Shown here one piece after another: positions 1 through 11,350 of a DNA stretch of 25,915 nucleotides. The DNA lies in the IMG/VR virus record IMGVR_UViG_2529292922_000015, one strand, 5' to 3'. Position 1 is the stretch's first letter, and each line of letters begins with the position of its first letter. The notes under the pieces were generated by a model that did no database searches, was not told where the DNA came from, and worked only from the letters and a program-made list of their open reading frames with translations. This DNA is from a virus (Duplodnaviria > Heunggongvirae > Uroviricota > Caudoviricetes). Position numbers and translations under genes: made by a program.

Positions 1-1284
1 CTACTTCTTCGCCTCTGCAACCACTTTGCTACCCACGCCGCGGTTATTGTATTCCCACATGCGGTTGTAGTTAGTGTCATTCAGATTGCGCTGTACTTCG
101 TCGTTATCATCAACGCTGCCGGTGTTACCCGCGAATGGACGATTGGAAATCACCGCATCGGCCCACGGTTTCGCCGTGTTAAAACCTTCGTTGATGGCGC
201 TATCACGGATCACCACCTGACCGTTGGTATTGGCATCAACATCCAGCGAGCGGCCCAGTTGCGCCACACCATCACCGGAAGCATTGAAACGGCTGTTTAC
301 GGCGAGGAAACCGTAGTAAATGTTGGACAGCGTAGCCGGTGCAAACACATACGCTTCTTGCTGGGTACGGGAGTTCACCACGCGGAATTCGGTGTTATCG
401 AACACCACTGCGCCGCGACCAGAAACGATATCCACATCTCCTTCGATGTAACTGTTGGTCACCAGCGTACGCGGCTGACGATTCGTTTCCAGACGGTTTT
501 GCACACCGCTGTTGGTGACAAAGAAGGTGTTCTGACGACCGAGAATGTTGACGTTATTGATCTGCACTTTGTCGCCATCAGTACGCAGTGCCACCGCCGG
601 ATGGTTACCCGCATCTACGCTATCGCCCAGCGTGTTTTCGATGGTCAGGTTTTGCAGTTGCAGGCCATTGTTTTGTGACCAGAAGACCGCAGAGCAGAGA
701 ACACCGATACTGTCGCTGCGTTTACTCTGGCAGCTATCGTACATATACCACGCCGGTTTACCTGGCATATATTTGCCGCGCGGGTTGACGTCGTGACGCC
801 AGTCGGCAGGGCTCATGCCACCATCAAGGGAAAGCCCAATCTTCACATCAATCGGTTTTTCACCTGTACCGTACAGAGTAATTCCACCCGGAGCGGCAGG
901 GACATACACCGTTCCCTGATACTCACCAGGCATCACGGCAATATACTGGCGCTTGTTGGTACGCTTGATAATTGCCGCATCTACCGCCGCCTGAATCGTG
1001 GTATGCGTTACACCTTGAGTACCCGCCGGGCCGACAACAAAGTCAGGTTGCGCAGGCAGGGTAATCGGGGAAGGATTCCACGCTGCCGCACCTGGTGTCA
1101 GGGATGCAAAATAGTGTTGAGCATCGAAATTCTGCGCTTCTTTTGCCGACAGAATCGGGCGCGAAGAGGTACCAGGCGCGGTTTGATCAGAAGGACGTTG
1201 ATCGGGCGGTGTTGAGCTACAGGCGGTCAGCGTCACGCCAAAAGCCAATGCCAGCGCCAGACGGGAAACTGAAAATGTGTTCAC
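1..1284 (-). CDS. ybhC: YbhC-like outer-membrane lipoprotein (pectinesterase-family), host gene flanking attB-lambda
   Basis: Complete 427-codon ORF (stop TAG at 1-3); GTG start at 1284 with GGAG ~8 nt upstream; N-terminal lipoprotein signal ending LTAC; translated sequence recognised as E. coli YbhC, the gene that borders the lambda attachment site. Confidence 0.85.
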   Translation of the reverse strand: MNTFSVSRLALALAFGVTLTACSSTPPDQRPSDQTAPGTSSRPILSAKEAQNFDAQHYFASLTPGAAAWNPSPITLPAQPDFVVGPAGTQGVTHTTIQAAVDAAIIKRTNKRQYIAVMPGEYQGTVYVPAAPGGITLYGTGEKPIDVKIGLSLDGGMSPADWRHDVNPRGKYMPGKPAWYMYDSCQSKRSDSIGVLCSAVFWSQNNGLQLQNLTIENTLGDSVDAGNHPAVALRTDGDKVQINNVNILGRQNTFFVTNSGVQNRLETNRQPRTLVTNSYIEGDVDIVSGRGAVVFDNTEFRVVNSRTQQEAYVFAPATLSNIYYGFLAVNSRFNASGDGVAQLGRSLDVDANTNGQVVIRDSAINEGFNTAKPWADAVISNRPFAGNTGSVDDNDEVQRNLNDTNYNRMWEYNNRGVGSKVVAEAKK

Positions 1285-1330
1285 AGGTTGCTCCGGGCTA
1301 TGAAATAGAAAAATGAATCCGTTGAAGCCT

Positions 1331-1345
1331 GCTTTTTTATACTAA
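1331..1345. other. attL: attL common core (GCTTTTTTATACTAA) with P' arm extending to ~1430
   Basis: Exact 15-bp lambda att core at 1331-1345; downstream sequence contains the lambda P' arm motifs (CAGTCAAAAT arm-type Int sites) immediately before int. Confidence 0.9.
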
Positions 1346-1418
1346 GTTGGCATTATAAAAAAGCATTGCTTATCAATTTGTTGCAACGAACAGGTCACTA
1401 TCAGTCAAAATAAAATCA

Positions 1419-2489
1419 TTATTTGATTTCAATTTTGTCCCACTCCCTGCCTCTGTCATCACGATACTGTGATGCCATGGTGTCCGACTTATGCCCGAGA
1501 AGATGTTGAGCAAACTTATCGCTTATCTGCTTCTCATAGAGTCTTGCAGACAAACTGCGCAACTCGTGAAAGGTCGGCGGATCCCCTTCGAAGGAAAGAT
1601 CTGATGCTTTTCGTGCGCGCATAAAATACCTTGATACTGTGCCGGATGAAAGCGGTTCACGATGAGTAGATGCAATTATGGTTTCTCCGCCAAGAATCTC
1701 TTTGCATTTATCAAGTGTTTCCTTCATTGATATCCCGAGAGCATCAACATGCAATGTTGTAGGGATGGCAATTTTTACGCCTGTTTTGCTTTGCTCGACA
1801 TAAAGATATCCATCTACGATATCAGACCACTTCATTTCGCATAAATCACCAACTCGCTGCCCGGTAACAACAGCCAGCTCCATTGCAAGTCTTAGCCAAC
1901 ATGGTGATGATTCTGCTGCTTGATAAATTTTCAGGTATTCGTCAGCCGTAAGTCTTGATCTCCTTACCTCTGATTTTGCTGCGCGAGTGGCAGCGACCGG
2001 GTTTGTTGTTATATGGCCTTCAGCTATTGCCTCTCGGAATGCATCGCTCAGTGTTGATCTGATTAACTTGGCTGACGCCGCCTTGCCCTCGTCTATGTAT
2101 CCACTGAGCATTGCCGCAATTTCTTTTGTGGTGATGTCTTCAAGTGGAGCATCAGGCAGCCCCCTCCTTATTGCTTTAATTTTGCTCATGTAATTTATGA
2201 GAGTCTTCTGCTTGATTCCTCTGCTGGCGAGGATTTTTTCGTAGCGATCAAGCCATGAATGTAACGTAACAGAATTATCACTGTTGATTCTCGCTGTCAG
2301 AGGCTTGTGTTTGTGTCCTGAAAATAACTCAATGTTGGCCTGTATTGCTTCAGTGATTGCTATCCTCCTGTCTCGGCCTAATCCAAACTCTTTACCCGTC
2401 CTTGGGTCCCTGTAGCAGTAATATCCATTGTTTCTTATATAAAGATTAGGGGGTAAATCCCGGCGCTCATGACTTCGCCTTCTTCCCAT
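1419..2489 (-). CDS. int: Lambda integrase (tyrosine recombinase)
   Basis: 356-aa ORF; translation recognised as essentially identical to lambda Int (MGRRRSHERRDLPPNLYIRNNGYYCYRDPRTGKEF...); adjacent to attL. Confidence 0.97.
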   Translation of the reverse strand: MGRRRSHERRDLPPNLYIRNNGYYCYRDPRTGKEFGLGRDRRIAITEAIQANIELFSGHKHKPLTARINSDNSVTLHSWLDRYEKILASRGIKQKTLINYMSKIKAIRRGLPDAPLEDITTKEIAAMLSGYIDEGKAASAKLIRSTLSDAFREAIAEGHITTNPVAATRAAKSEVRRSRLTADEYLKIYQAAESSPCWLRLAMELAVVTGQRVGDLCEMKWSDIVDGYLYVEQSKTGVKIAIPTTLHVDALGISMKETLDKCKEILGGETIIASTHREPLSSGTVSRYFMRARKASDLSFEGDPPTFHELRSLSARLYEKQISDKFAQHLLGHKSDTMASQYRDDRGREWDKIEIK

Positions 2490-2685
2490 TTCTGATCCTC
2501 TTCAAAAGGCTACCTGTTACTGGTCGATTTAAGTCAACCTTTACCGCTGATTCGTGGAACAGATACTCTCTTCCATCCTTAACAGGAGGAGGGAATATCC
2601 TGCATTCGCGCACCCATCGACGAACTGTTTCAAGGCTTCTTGGGCGTCGCTGGCGTGCGTTCCACTCCTGAAGTGTCAAGTACAT
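2467..2685 (-). CDS. xis: Excisionase
   Basis: 72-aa ORF overlapping int start as in lambda; sequence MYLTLQEWNARQRRPRSLETVRRWVRECRIFPPP... matches lambda Xis. Confidence 0.93.
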   Translation of the reverse strand: MYLTLQEWNARQRRPRSLETVRRWVRECRIFPPPVKDGREYLFHESAVKVDLNRPVTGSLLKRIRNGKKAKS

Positions 2686-2725
2686 CGCAAAGTCTCCGCA
2701 ATTACACGCAAGAAGAAAACCGCCA

Positions 2726-2893
2726 TCAGGCGGCTTGGTGTTCTTTCAGTTCTTCAATTCGAATATTGGTTACGTCTGCATGCGCTATCTGCGCCCATAT
2801 CATCCAGTGGTTATAGCAGTCGTTGATGTTCTCTGCTTCGATAACTCTGTTGAATGGTTCTCCATTCCATTCACCTGTAACTCGGAAGTGCAT
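2726..2893 (-). CDS. Small hypothetical protein (55 aa), ea/b-region type
   Basis: ATG at 2893 preceded by GGAG; 55 codons to TGA at 2726-2728; not in supplied ORF track (below its length cutoff); intrinsic-terminator-like hairpin overlaps its stop. Confidence 0.45.
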   Translation of the reverse strand: MHFRVTGEWNGEPFNRVIEAENINDCYNHWMIWAQIAHADVTNIRIEELKEHQAA

Positions 2894-2965
2894 TTATCAT
2901 CTCCATAAAACAAAACTCGCTGTAGCAAGTTCAGATAAAAGAAATCCCCGCAAATGCGAGGATTG

Positions 2966-3250
2966 TTATTCATTGCCGGTATTCACCTTTATCGCGAACA
3001 CCTTTACCGGTTTATCACCGAAGTGTGGATGTATGATTGTCTTGATTTCATACCCTTCATACGGGACGTCTATTCTGCGACTGGAATCGTCGCGCTTCGG
3101 ATATCCTTTTGTGATAATCAGTCGGTCATACTCCCGGAACATAATTCGCTTATTCCAGTAGTCATTACACAGGCGATACTCTTCCGTTTTCTCCCCGCGA
3201 ATCATGGCATCGAAGTATTCACCTTTGACGGCAAGTTGCAGGTTAGCCAT
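2966..3250 (-). CDS. Hypothetical early-left protein (94 aa)
   Basis: In-frame ATG at 3250 with GGAGG 6 nt upstream (MANLQLAVKGEYFDAMIRGEK...); the longer 114-codon ORF to 3310 lacks an RBS and overlaps the upstream gene. Confidence 0.55.
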   Translation of the reverse strand: MANLQLAVKGEYFDAMIRGEKTEEYRLCNDYWNKRIMFREYDRLIITKGYPKRDDSSRRIDVPYEGYEIKTIIHPHFGDKPVKVFAIKVNTGNE

Positions 3251-3875
3251 GGTTAACCTCCTGCGGCGGTTCTGGTAGCGGCATCCAGTGTGATGGTATC
3301 CACGACGCACCAGGTATTACCCACCCATCATTAGCGTCAGGATGCCCCGGGATGTAAGTCGCCCATTTCATTCGCCAGTCACCTTTCCTGTCAAACTCCC
3401 TGGCAACAAGAACGGCTGTTTTGCTATCCGGCATTCGCTCACTACAGCTTATCCAACCGCCCGGAATTACCGGAGAGTTGCCATTTACATCGAAGTTTGG
3501 CTCTGCGTCCTGAACTAGGAGGATGTAACCATTCTTGGCTGTATCAAGTTCTAACGCCTCGGTGACGGTACCGAAATAGCGATTACCTAAATCAGCATCA
3601 CAAGTGCTTACATCAATGGAAACTTCCATCCCTTCGATTAATTCTGGCAAGTTGTAAGTTTGGCTTACAGGCTCTGCTTCCAGTGATGCCAGTGCAATTC
3701 GTGCCAGCTCACGCACAACTTCAGGGGGCGCGTAACGGTCATTCAGGTCATCCCACAGGCGTAGCATGTTATCGCTACCAGGGTGAACATCCTCGTTAGT
3801 TCCGGCAAGCGCACTAATAACCTCATCGGCTGCTTCAATAATTTTCTGTGCCTGTTCTCTGGTAATAGTGGTCAT
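3243..3875 (-). CDS. Ea22-region protein with DUF551-like C-terminal domain (210 aa)
   Basis: ATG at 3875 with GAGG upstream; C-terminal W-rich segment (…HWMPLPEPP) typical of DUF551 proteins of lambdoid early-left regions; N-terminal module shared with ORF 4085-4480. Confidence 0.65.
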   Translation of the reverse strand: MTTITREQAQKIIEAADEVISALAGTNEDVHPGSDNMLRLWDDLNDRYAPPEVVRELARIALASLEAEPVSQTYNLPELIEGMEVSIDVSTCDADLGNRYFGTVTEALELDTAKNGYILLVQDAEPNFDVNGNSPVIPGGWISCSERMPDSKTAVLVAREFDRKGDWRMKWATYIPGHPDANDGWVIPGASWIPSHWMPLPEPPQEVNHG

Positions 3876-3885
3876 TTGTTATGCC

Positions 3886-4083
3886 TCAATACACGAAATC
3901 TGTTTTAAATTCATGGTTACATTCTGGACAGCATGTTTCGTAACCTTTTATTTCTTCACATGCCTGTTTAGCTCCAGAAAACTCCCAGAAATCAGCGTCA
4001 CAAAGCAGATCGAAATTGTGACCGCATTTTGGGCATTCGGTATCAAGTGACAGATTCCAGTAAGCAGTGGTGTTTTTATCCAT
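3886..4083 (-). CDS. Small zinc-ribbon protein (65 aa)
   Basis: ATG at 4083 with GGAG upstream; two Cys pairs (CPKCG … CPECN) suggest a Zn ribbon; longer GTG-initiated form to 4116 is less likely. Confidence 0.55.
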   Translation of the reverse strand: MDKNTTAYWNLSLDTECPKCGHNFDLLCDADFWEFSGAKQACEEIKGYETCCPECNHEFKTDFVY

Positions 4084-4084
4084 A

Positions 4085-4480
4085 TCAGTCTCCTTTCCCC
4101 TGAAGCATAGCGGCACGGCAGGCGTTCCAGCCTCTCACCTCTGCAATAGCGGCAACAGCATCAACCGCGTACATGCTAAGAGGATTAGGCATTGGTTTTT
4201 CTTCCGGTACTACTTGCGCTGGAGGGGCGGCGTAAATGCCCTCTATCACTAAATGTTTGCGCTCAAAATCATCTGGCTCTCGATGATATACGTAACTCCA
4301 ATCACCAAGGTTATCATTGCGCCTGCAACGGAAACCTATCGGCTCGACTTCCAGCGATGCCAGAGCAATTCGTGCCAGTTCTTCCGCTTCTTCTGCTGGC
4401 AGTACAACGTTGCTACCCGGTCCGTATGTTTCGCGCCACTGCTTGATTGTCAGCAGTCGCTCTTTGGTAATAGTGGTCAT
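4085..4480 (-). CDS. Hypothetical Ea22-region protein (131 aa) sharing N-terminal module with 3243-3875
   Basis: ATG at 4480; N-terminus MTTIT…ELARIALASLEVEP parallels MTTIT…ELARIALASLEAEP of the neighbouring gene. Confidence 0.6.
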   Translation of the reverse strand: MTTITKERLLTIKQWRETYGPGSNVVLPAEEAEELARIALASLEVEPIGFRCRRNDNLGDWSYVYHREPDDFERKHLVIEGIYAAPPAQVVPEEKPMPNPLSMYAVDAVAAIAEVRGWNACRAAMLQGKGD

Positions 4481-4482
4481 AG

Positions 4483-4674
4483 CTATTTCACCTTAATCTC
4501 AACATTTCGCAGCTTTAGCTCTACTGGCAGGTCTGACTTTCCGGTTAATGCTAATGCGAGATTTTCTGGAGTAATGAGAGCAGTTATTGTTTTCCCCCTC
4601 GCCAGACGAATAATCATTCGTATCTCGCAATCGTCACATGCTCCCGGTCGAACAATTGAGATTTGTCCGTTCAT
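4483..4674 (-). CDS. Small hypothetical protein (63 aa)
   Basis: ATG at 4674 with GGAG 7 nt upstream, 1 nt after the stop of the upstream gene; the longer track ORF to 4836 overlaps the upstream gene and is rejected. Confidence 0.5.
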   Translation of the reverse strand: MNGQISIVRPGACDDCEIRMIIRLARGKTITALITPENLALALTGKSDLPVELKLRNVEIKVK

Positions 4675-4675
4675 C

Positions 4676-5314
4676 TCACTCTCCTTTGATGCGAATGCCA
4701 GCGGCGCGCTCGGCTTCACTTTGTTCCCAAAACCACTTGTGAAGCGCCATAAGCTTTTCGTCAATCGGTGCATATTTGCGATTAAAGTAGGCCTGAGCAT
4801 CTTTCTCAGATTCGTCCGGTAATTCGCCAGGGCCAAACAGTGTGTTATAAATCCATGCTAGTCCGCTCTTAGCGTCGCCAGTTGCCTGCCATTCGATAAT
4901 GGCAGCCTGCATGACCAGAATGTTTTTCCCGATTAATAGGTCCAGTTCTTTGTACCGGTTGCGGATGTATGCATTCTCGCTTTGTAATTTTGCGTTGCGC
5001 TTTTCTGAGGCTTCAAGTAACGCCTGCTTATCGCGTAGAGCTTCTTCCAGTTCAGCAACATGGCATTCACTATCAATAAGGTTGTTCTCTGCTGCTTCAA
5101 GCTCAACACGCAGCTTCCCAACCGTAAGCGCAATCTCCTCGTTCTCCTGGTCGCGGCGTTTGATGTATTGCTGGTTTCTTTCCTGTTCATCCAGCAGTTC
5201 CAGCACAATCGATGGTGTTACCAGCTCATGGAAAAGGTCCGCGTCAAATCCCCAGTCGTCATGCATTGCCTGCTCTGCCGCCTCACGCAGTGCCTGATGG
5301 TCAATTTTGCTCAC
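4676..5314 (-). CDS. Ead/Ea22-like coiled-coil protein (212 aa)
   Basis: GTG start at 5314 with GGAGG upstream; long heptad-like charged region (…ELEEALRDKQALLEASEKRNAKLQSENAYIRNRYKELD…) as in Ead/Ea22-like prophage proteins. Confidence 0.6.
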   Translation of the reverse strand: MSKIDHQALREAAEQAMHDDWGFDADLFHELVTPSIVLELLDEQERNQQYIKRRDQENEEIALTVGKLRVELEAAENNLIDSECHVAELEEALRDKQALLEASEKRNAKLQSENAYIRNRYKELDLLIGKNILVMQAAIIEWQATGDAKSGLAWIYNTLFGPGELPDESEKDAQAYFNRKYAPIDEKLMALHKWFWEQSEAERAAGIRIKGE

Positions 5315-5570
5315 TGGCTGCCTCCGCTTCCCACGTTTTCAAACTTTCACCACAGAACGGGCAAAAGCACATTGCAACGCCACGACCGATATATTTCCCC
5401 GAGTGAATTTGAGCAATATCTATGCATGACTCGCCGGTGTTTATGTTCACACGCTCCGGGATAAATATGCCTTTACTCTTGAATGTTGGATTTCCATATT
5501 CGAGAGATTTTGCCAACGCCGCGCACGGTTCTATCTTGTTGCCATTAATTTGGCATTTTGACTCACTCAC
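5301..5570 (-). CDS. Small Cys-containing hypothetical protein (89 aa)
   Basis: GTG at 5570 preceded by AAGGAGG, overlapping the upstream stop (GTGA); contains C…C…CPFCG motif. Confidence 0.45.
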   Translation of the reverse strand: MSESKCQINGNKIEPCAALAKSLEYGNPTFKSKGIFIPERVNINTGESCIDIAQIHSGKYIGRGVAMCFCPFCGESLKTWEAEAASEQN

Positions 5571-5734
5571 TGGTTGCCTCCTTTGCGCCACATCGCATTC
5601 AGATATTTGTTTTGATTCACTGACGGAGAAGAATTTCTCTTAAGCAATTCCTCTCTCGATGGCATTGGCTTTACGCGTTGGCGAATAATCATTTCTGCCG
5701 GAAGAATGCCGGGATTGTATGCAAGTCCTCTCAT
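5567..5734 (-). CDS. Small hypothetical protein (55 aa), start uncertain
   Basis: Best RBS-supported in-frame ATG at 5734 (GAGG 8 nt upstream); longer alternatives overlap the upstream gene. Confidence 0.3.
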   Translation of the reverse strand: MRGLAYNPGILPAEMIIRQRVKPMPSREELLKRNSSPSVNQNKYLNAMWRKGGNQ

Positions 5735-5744
5735 GGTAAATTCC

Positions 5745-6041
5745 TCAGTCATTACTGATAGCGCCATAGCGTGAGCGGTAATTACGCAGGCGCGGGTCGA
5801 TATATTCAGGGAAGTGGGTATATGTGGCTTTGCGGAATGGTCGGATTGATGTCTGGTAAATTCGCTCGCGTTCTTCTTTCTCTGCAAGCCATATACAGTG
5901 GCGAAATTCCTTTTCCTCTTTCGTTTCCTGCGGTAGAGACATTATTCGATCGTAGTTTTTTCTGAATTTATCCAGCACCTCCGATACGGAATTGCCGGAA
6001 CAGCGGCGCGGGTCATCCGCACCATACAGAGGCGCTGGCAT
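5745..6041 (-). CDS. Hypothetical protein (98 aa)
   Basis: ATG at 6041 with AGGAG 7 nt upstream; charged protein with no recognisable motif. Confidence 0.55.
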   Translation of the reverse strand: MPAPLYGADDPRRCSGNSVSEVLDKFRKNYDRIMSLPQETKEEKEFRHCIWLAEKEERERIYQTSIRPFRKATYTHFPEYIDPRLRNYRSRYGAISND

Positions 6042-6054
6042 GATTTTCTCCTGA

Positions 6055-6561
6055 TTAAATTGCGTGAATAGCGTGACGAGGGAAGGGGAGAGTTACTGGT
6101 GCAAAGGGTATATCGTCGTCAAAATCCATCGGAGGTTCGTTGTGTTGTGCTGGTGATGATTGCTGCTGTGGCTTCTGTGATTGCCTGCTGGCTGCTTGTT
6201 GTTTGCTGTCGCCAATGCCGCCAAGCATTTGCATCACGCCATTAATTCCGACATGAACCTCGGTTGTGTAACGGTCTTGCCCTGACTGGTCTTTCCACTT
6301 TCTGGTTCTCAGCATTCCCTCGAAATAAATCTGATCACCTTTTTTCACATACTGCCCCACGACCTCAGCCAGTTTCCCGGATACAGCAACACGATGCCAT
6401 TCAGTCAATTCCTTTTGCTCGCCAGTATTTTTATCTCGCCATTGTTCTGACGTGGCTATTGTCAGGTTAGCGAACGCTGTTCCTGATGGTGAGTATCGAA
6501 CTTCCGGGTCTTGTCCTACCCGACCAAGGATAATCACCTTATTTATCCCGCGAGAACTCAT
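6055..6561 (-). CDS. ssb: Single-stranded DNA-binding protein, phage-encoded, with C-terminal extension
   Basis: [27 protein letters not shown]… OB-fold N-terminus, Gln/Pro-rich linker and acidic MDFDDDIPF motif as in E. coli SSB; ATG at 6561 (GAGGTGGAG RBS) overlaps the HNH stop (ATGA); ORF continues 15 codons past DDDIPF. Confidence 0.9.
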   Translation of the reverse strand: MSSRGINKVIILGRVGQDPEVRYSPSGTAFANLTIATSEQWRDKNTGEQKELTEWHRVAVSGKLAEVVGQYVKKGDQIYFEGMLRTRKWKDQSGQDRYTTEVHVGINGVMQMLGGIGDSKQQAASRQSQKPQQQSSPAQHNEPPMDFDDDIPFAPVTLPFPRHAIHAI

Positions 6562-7025
6562 TTGCTCCACCTCTTGCCAGTTTTTATGTTGCTTATAATT
6601 GATTGAGATACACCCATGTCTTTTGCTATCTTGTACTGACTCTCTTTTTCAGAGAGTCTTTTCCTAATTTCTATAACCTGCCACTCTGTTAATTTTGCAC
6701 CATGATGAGCATGACCTTTCTTGGCTCCACGATGCCTTCCTTTTGCTATCTTGTCGTCCATGTTTTCTTGCGCGCTACCTAAAAAGAGATGTTCAGGATT
6801 AACGCAGCATTGGTTATCGCATTTGTGGCAAACCATCTTCCCAGATGGAATGGGGGAGTGATAAAGCTCAAAAGCAACCCGATGAGAAAGCATTGTTACG
6901 CCAAAGGCTACAAATTTTGTGTATCCTCCTTTGTTTTTTGAATAGGTAGACTCCCAGCAACCTGTTGTTTCATTAACTTTGTAGCTGGACTCGAATCTTT
7001 TAATAATTCCGTCCAAGTGAGACAT
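6558..7025 (-). CDS. HNH-family homing-type endonuclease with C-terminal HTH (155 aa)
   Basis: HNH-like Cys/His cluster (…HRVAFELYH…[15 protein letters not shown]…) and C-terminal helix-turn-helix; tightly wedged between the annealing protein and ssb. Confidence 0.8.
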   Translation of the reverse strand: MSHLDGIIKRFESSYKVNETTGCWESTYSKNKGGYTKFVAFGVTMLSHRVAFELYHSPIPSGKMVCHKCDNQCCVNPEHLFLGSAQENMDDKIAKGRHRGAKKGHAHHGAKLTEWQVIEIRKRLSEKESQYKIAKDMGVSQSIISNIKTGKRWSK

Positions 7026-7733
7026 TTATGCCGCCTGTTTTAGTTCGTTAACTCTGATGTTCATTACCTGAACGCATTTAGCCTGTGCCTCCTCGTTGCC
7101 AGCCATTAATTGCCAGTCACGCTGATAACGCTCGATGAGTTTTTTCTTGTCAGTTTCTGTTGATGCATAATCGCTGAAGTCTTTCAGGATTTGTTCGCAG
7201 TCAACCGATGGAGATGTCTGGTTGGTATTTTCTGGTGATGGTTTGTTATCTGATGCTGGGATTGCCCATCCCGGCAGCGATGGAGGGAGCCAGTAAAATC
7301 CTGTTCCATCCTTGAGTTTTGCCCTGTGCCATCCCTGCTTTTTATCGAGAGATGTTTGTGCGAAACCTTCCTCAAGGTTATACAGATACCGACCGATTCC
7401 CCACTGAACGGCAGCGCGCTTCATTGCACCGGAACGACCACCTTTTACGGCTTCTACCTGCGTGTTTTCAGCAGCATCCCATTTGGTTACCCATTCGGAA
7501 TCAATCCTGATTGATATGCCGCATTCAACGCCTCCGTTGTTGGGAATATCTCGGTATTCATTGCGCCATCCTGCTTTGCCGCAAACATCGTCAAGGCGTT
7601 TCATGATTGCCCTGTTCGTGACATAAGCCAGCACCATAGCCCACACCTTGCCATCGCGTGTTTTACCGCTTTGCTGTATTCGCCATTCGATATCTTCAGG
7701 GCTGAATGGCTCATCGAATTTATTCAAATCCAT
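7026..7733 (-). CDS. Rad52/Sak-type single-strand annealing recombinase
   Basis: 235-aa ORF at the position of lambda bet; segments …AYVTNRAIMKRLDDVCGKAGW… and …GGRSGAMKRAAVQWGIGRYLY… resemble the conserved Rad52-family N-terminal domain; paired with ssb. Confidence 0.75.
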   Translation of the reverse strand: MDLNKFDEPFSPEDIEWRIQQSGKTRDGKVWAMVLAYVTNRAIMKRLDDVCGKAGWRNEYRDIPNNGGVECGISIRIDSEWVTKWDAAENTQVEAVKGGRSGAMKRAAVQWGIGRYLYNLEEGFAQTSLDKKQGWHRAKLKDGTGFYWLPPSLPGWAIPASDNKPSPENTNQTSPSVDCEQILKDFSDYASTETDKKKLIERYQRDWQLMAGNEEAQAKCVQVMNIRVNELKQAA

Positions 7734-7741
7734 AATTCACC

Positions 7742-7912
7742 TCAGAATGGACATGGACCAAGGAAATAACGCTGATTTAATACTTCGGTCTTTGCCGCAT
7801 TTAAAAAGACGCGAACACCTTCACGATCTCCCTTCTGGCGATACATTAACGCCTGCTGCGTGTACATGCGTCTCTGTAACTTGCTCTCCTTCACTGTGGT
7901 TGCAAGTGACAT
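7742..7912 (-). CDS. Small hypothetical protein (56 aa)
   Basis: ATG at 7912 with GGAGA 5 nt upstream (MSLATTVKESKLQRRMYTQQALMYRQKGDREGVRVF…); not in ORF track (short); overlaps an alternative out-of-frame ORF 7821-7991. Confidence 0.4.
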   Translation of the reverse strand: MSLATTVKESKLQRRMYTQQALMYRQKGDREGVRVFLNAAKTEVLNQRYFLGPCPF

Positions 7913-7987
7913 GAATATCTCCTTCGTTACCGATTAATTCTTTCATCTGACGAATGAATTCTTCGTCTGACCAGTTATCTGTAAAAC

Positions 7988-8140
7988 TCATTTCCTGCGG
8001 TACCACGGAAGGTTGATAGCTGATTTCATCGCTTTATTTGCTTCAAGCCACATTTTTGAATCACCAATAAATCTGGCTATTACTGCTTTGTTTTGTGCCG
8101 CACGAAGCATCTGGTGATTAATGGCTATTTCATTGCGCAT
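7988..8140 (-). CDS. kil: Kil-like host division inhibitor (50 aa)
   Basis: Small ORF immediately downstream of cIII in the pL operon; motif …IARFIGDSKMW… resembles the lambda Kil core as I recall it; position as in lambda. Confidence 0.5.
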   Translation of the reverse strand: MRNEIAINHQMLRAAQNKAVIARFIGDSKMWLEANKAMKSAINLPWYRRK

Positions 8141-8256
8141 AATAAGACCTCAACTCTTTTCCATCCGTCACGTAATTTACGGGTGATTCGTTCAAGTAAA
8201 GATTCATTTAGTTGGAAGGCACCCATGCGAGCGCCTCCCGCGATTACGTAAATCAT
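8125..8256 (-). CDS. cIII: CIII-like anti-FtsH regulator (43 aa)
   Basis: ATG at 8256 with AAGGAAC upstream; contains ESLLERITRKLRDGWKR, identical to the conserved central helix of lambda CIII; not in ORF track (short). Confidence 0.7.
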   Translation of the reverse strand: MIYVIAGGARMGAFQLNESLLERITRKLRDGWKRVEVLLCAMK

Positions 8257-8280
8257 GGGTGGTTCCTTATATTGGTTTTA

Positions 8281-10831
<2,551 letters not shown>

Positions 10832-11208
10832 GCTGCTGCCTTAGCTTCTTCTTCGGCTTTAATCCGCGCCTGTTCCTCCTCATAATCAGTAAGAGGCTGG
10901 CGTGCCTTGGCTTTCAGCTCATCAAGGCGATCGCGCACTGTCTTGCGGTTGGCATCAATTAGCTTTGGAATTTCCTTCAGTTCAGCAACAAGGTCTTTGC
11001 CAAGACCATCGAGATATGTTTTCGTCTGCGCAACTTTATACGCCAGAGAAGCGATCTCCTTTCTGCCCTTTGCCGTTGTGATATCAGGCACAAAGGACAT
11101 AACTTCACGTTCAACCTTTTGAAGGATTTCTTCAATCTGGTCGGCAGACTGAAATACAGTCATTGCATTTGCTTTTTCAATAACAACTAAATCTGTTACT
11201 TCACTCAT
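10832..11208 (-). pseudogene. 5' portion of the IS-disrupted coiled-coil early gene
   Basis: ATG at 11208 with GGAGGAT RBS; ORF runs into the IS right end; reading frame continuous with 8281-8877 after precise IS excision. Confidence 0.7.
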
Positions 11209-11220
11209 ATATCCTCCATC

Positions 11221-11246
11221 AAAAAATTGCCCTCACATTGGAGGGC
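11221..11246 (-). terminator. Intrinsic terminator-like hairpin in the pL operon (tL-like)
   Basis: Perfect 6-bp stem GCCCTC/GAGGGC with 6-nt loop (11229-11246) followed on the minus strand by AATTTTTT. Confidence 0.55.
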
Positions 11247-11350
11247 AAAGAAGATTTCCAATAATCAGAACAAGTCGGCTCCTGTTTAGTTACGAGCGAC
11301 ATTGCTCCGTGTATTCACTCGTTGGAATGAATACACAGTGCTTATTCGTA

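Noticed and set aside
259..1316. Plus-strand ORFs within and across the ybhC region
   Set aside because: Antisense to the full-length ybhC ORF; Arg/Cys-rich translations without RBS
2554..3256. Plus-strand ORFs (90-112 aa) across the xis/ea region
   Set aside because: Antisense to better-supported minus-strand genes in a uniformly leftward-transcribed operon
4483..4836. Long (117-aa) version of the small ORF 4483-4674, and similar long versions of 2966-3310, 3886-4116, 5301-5591, 5567-5887
   Set aside because: N-terminal extensions overlap the preceding gene and lack RBS; in each case an internal start with a good SD sits just after the upstream stop
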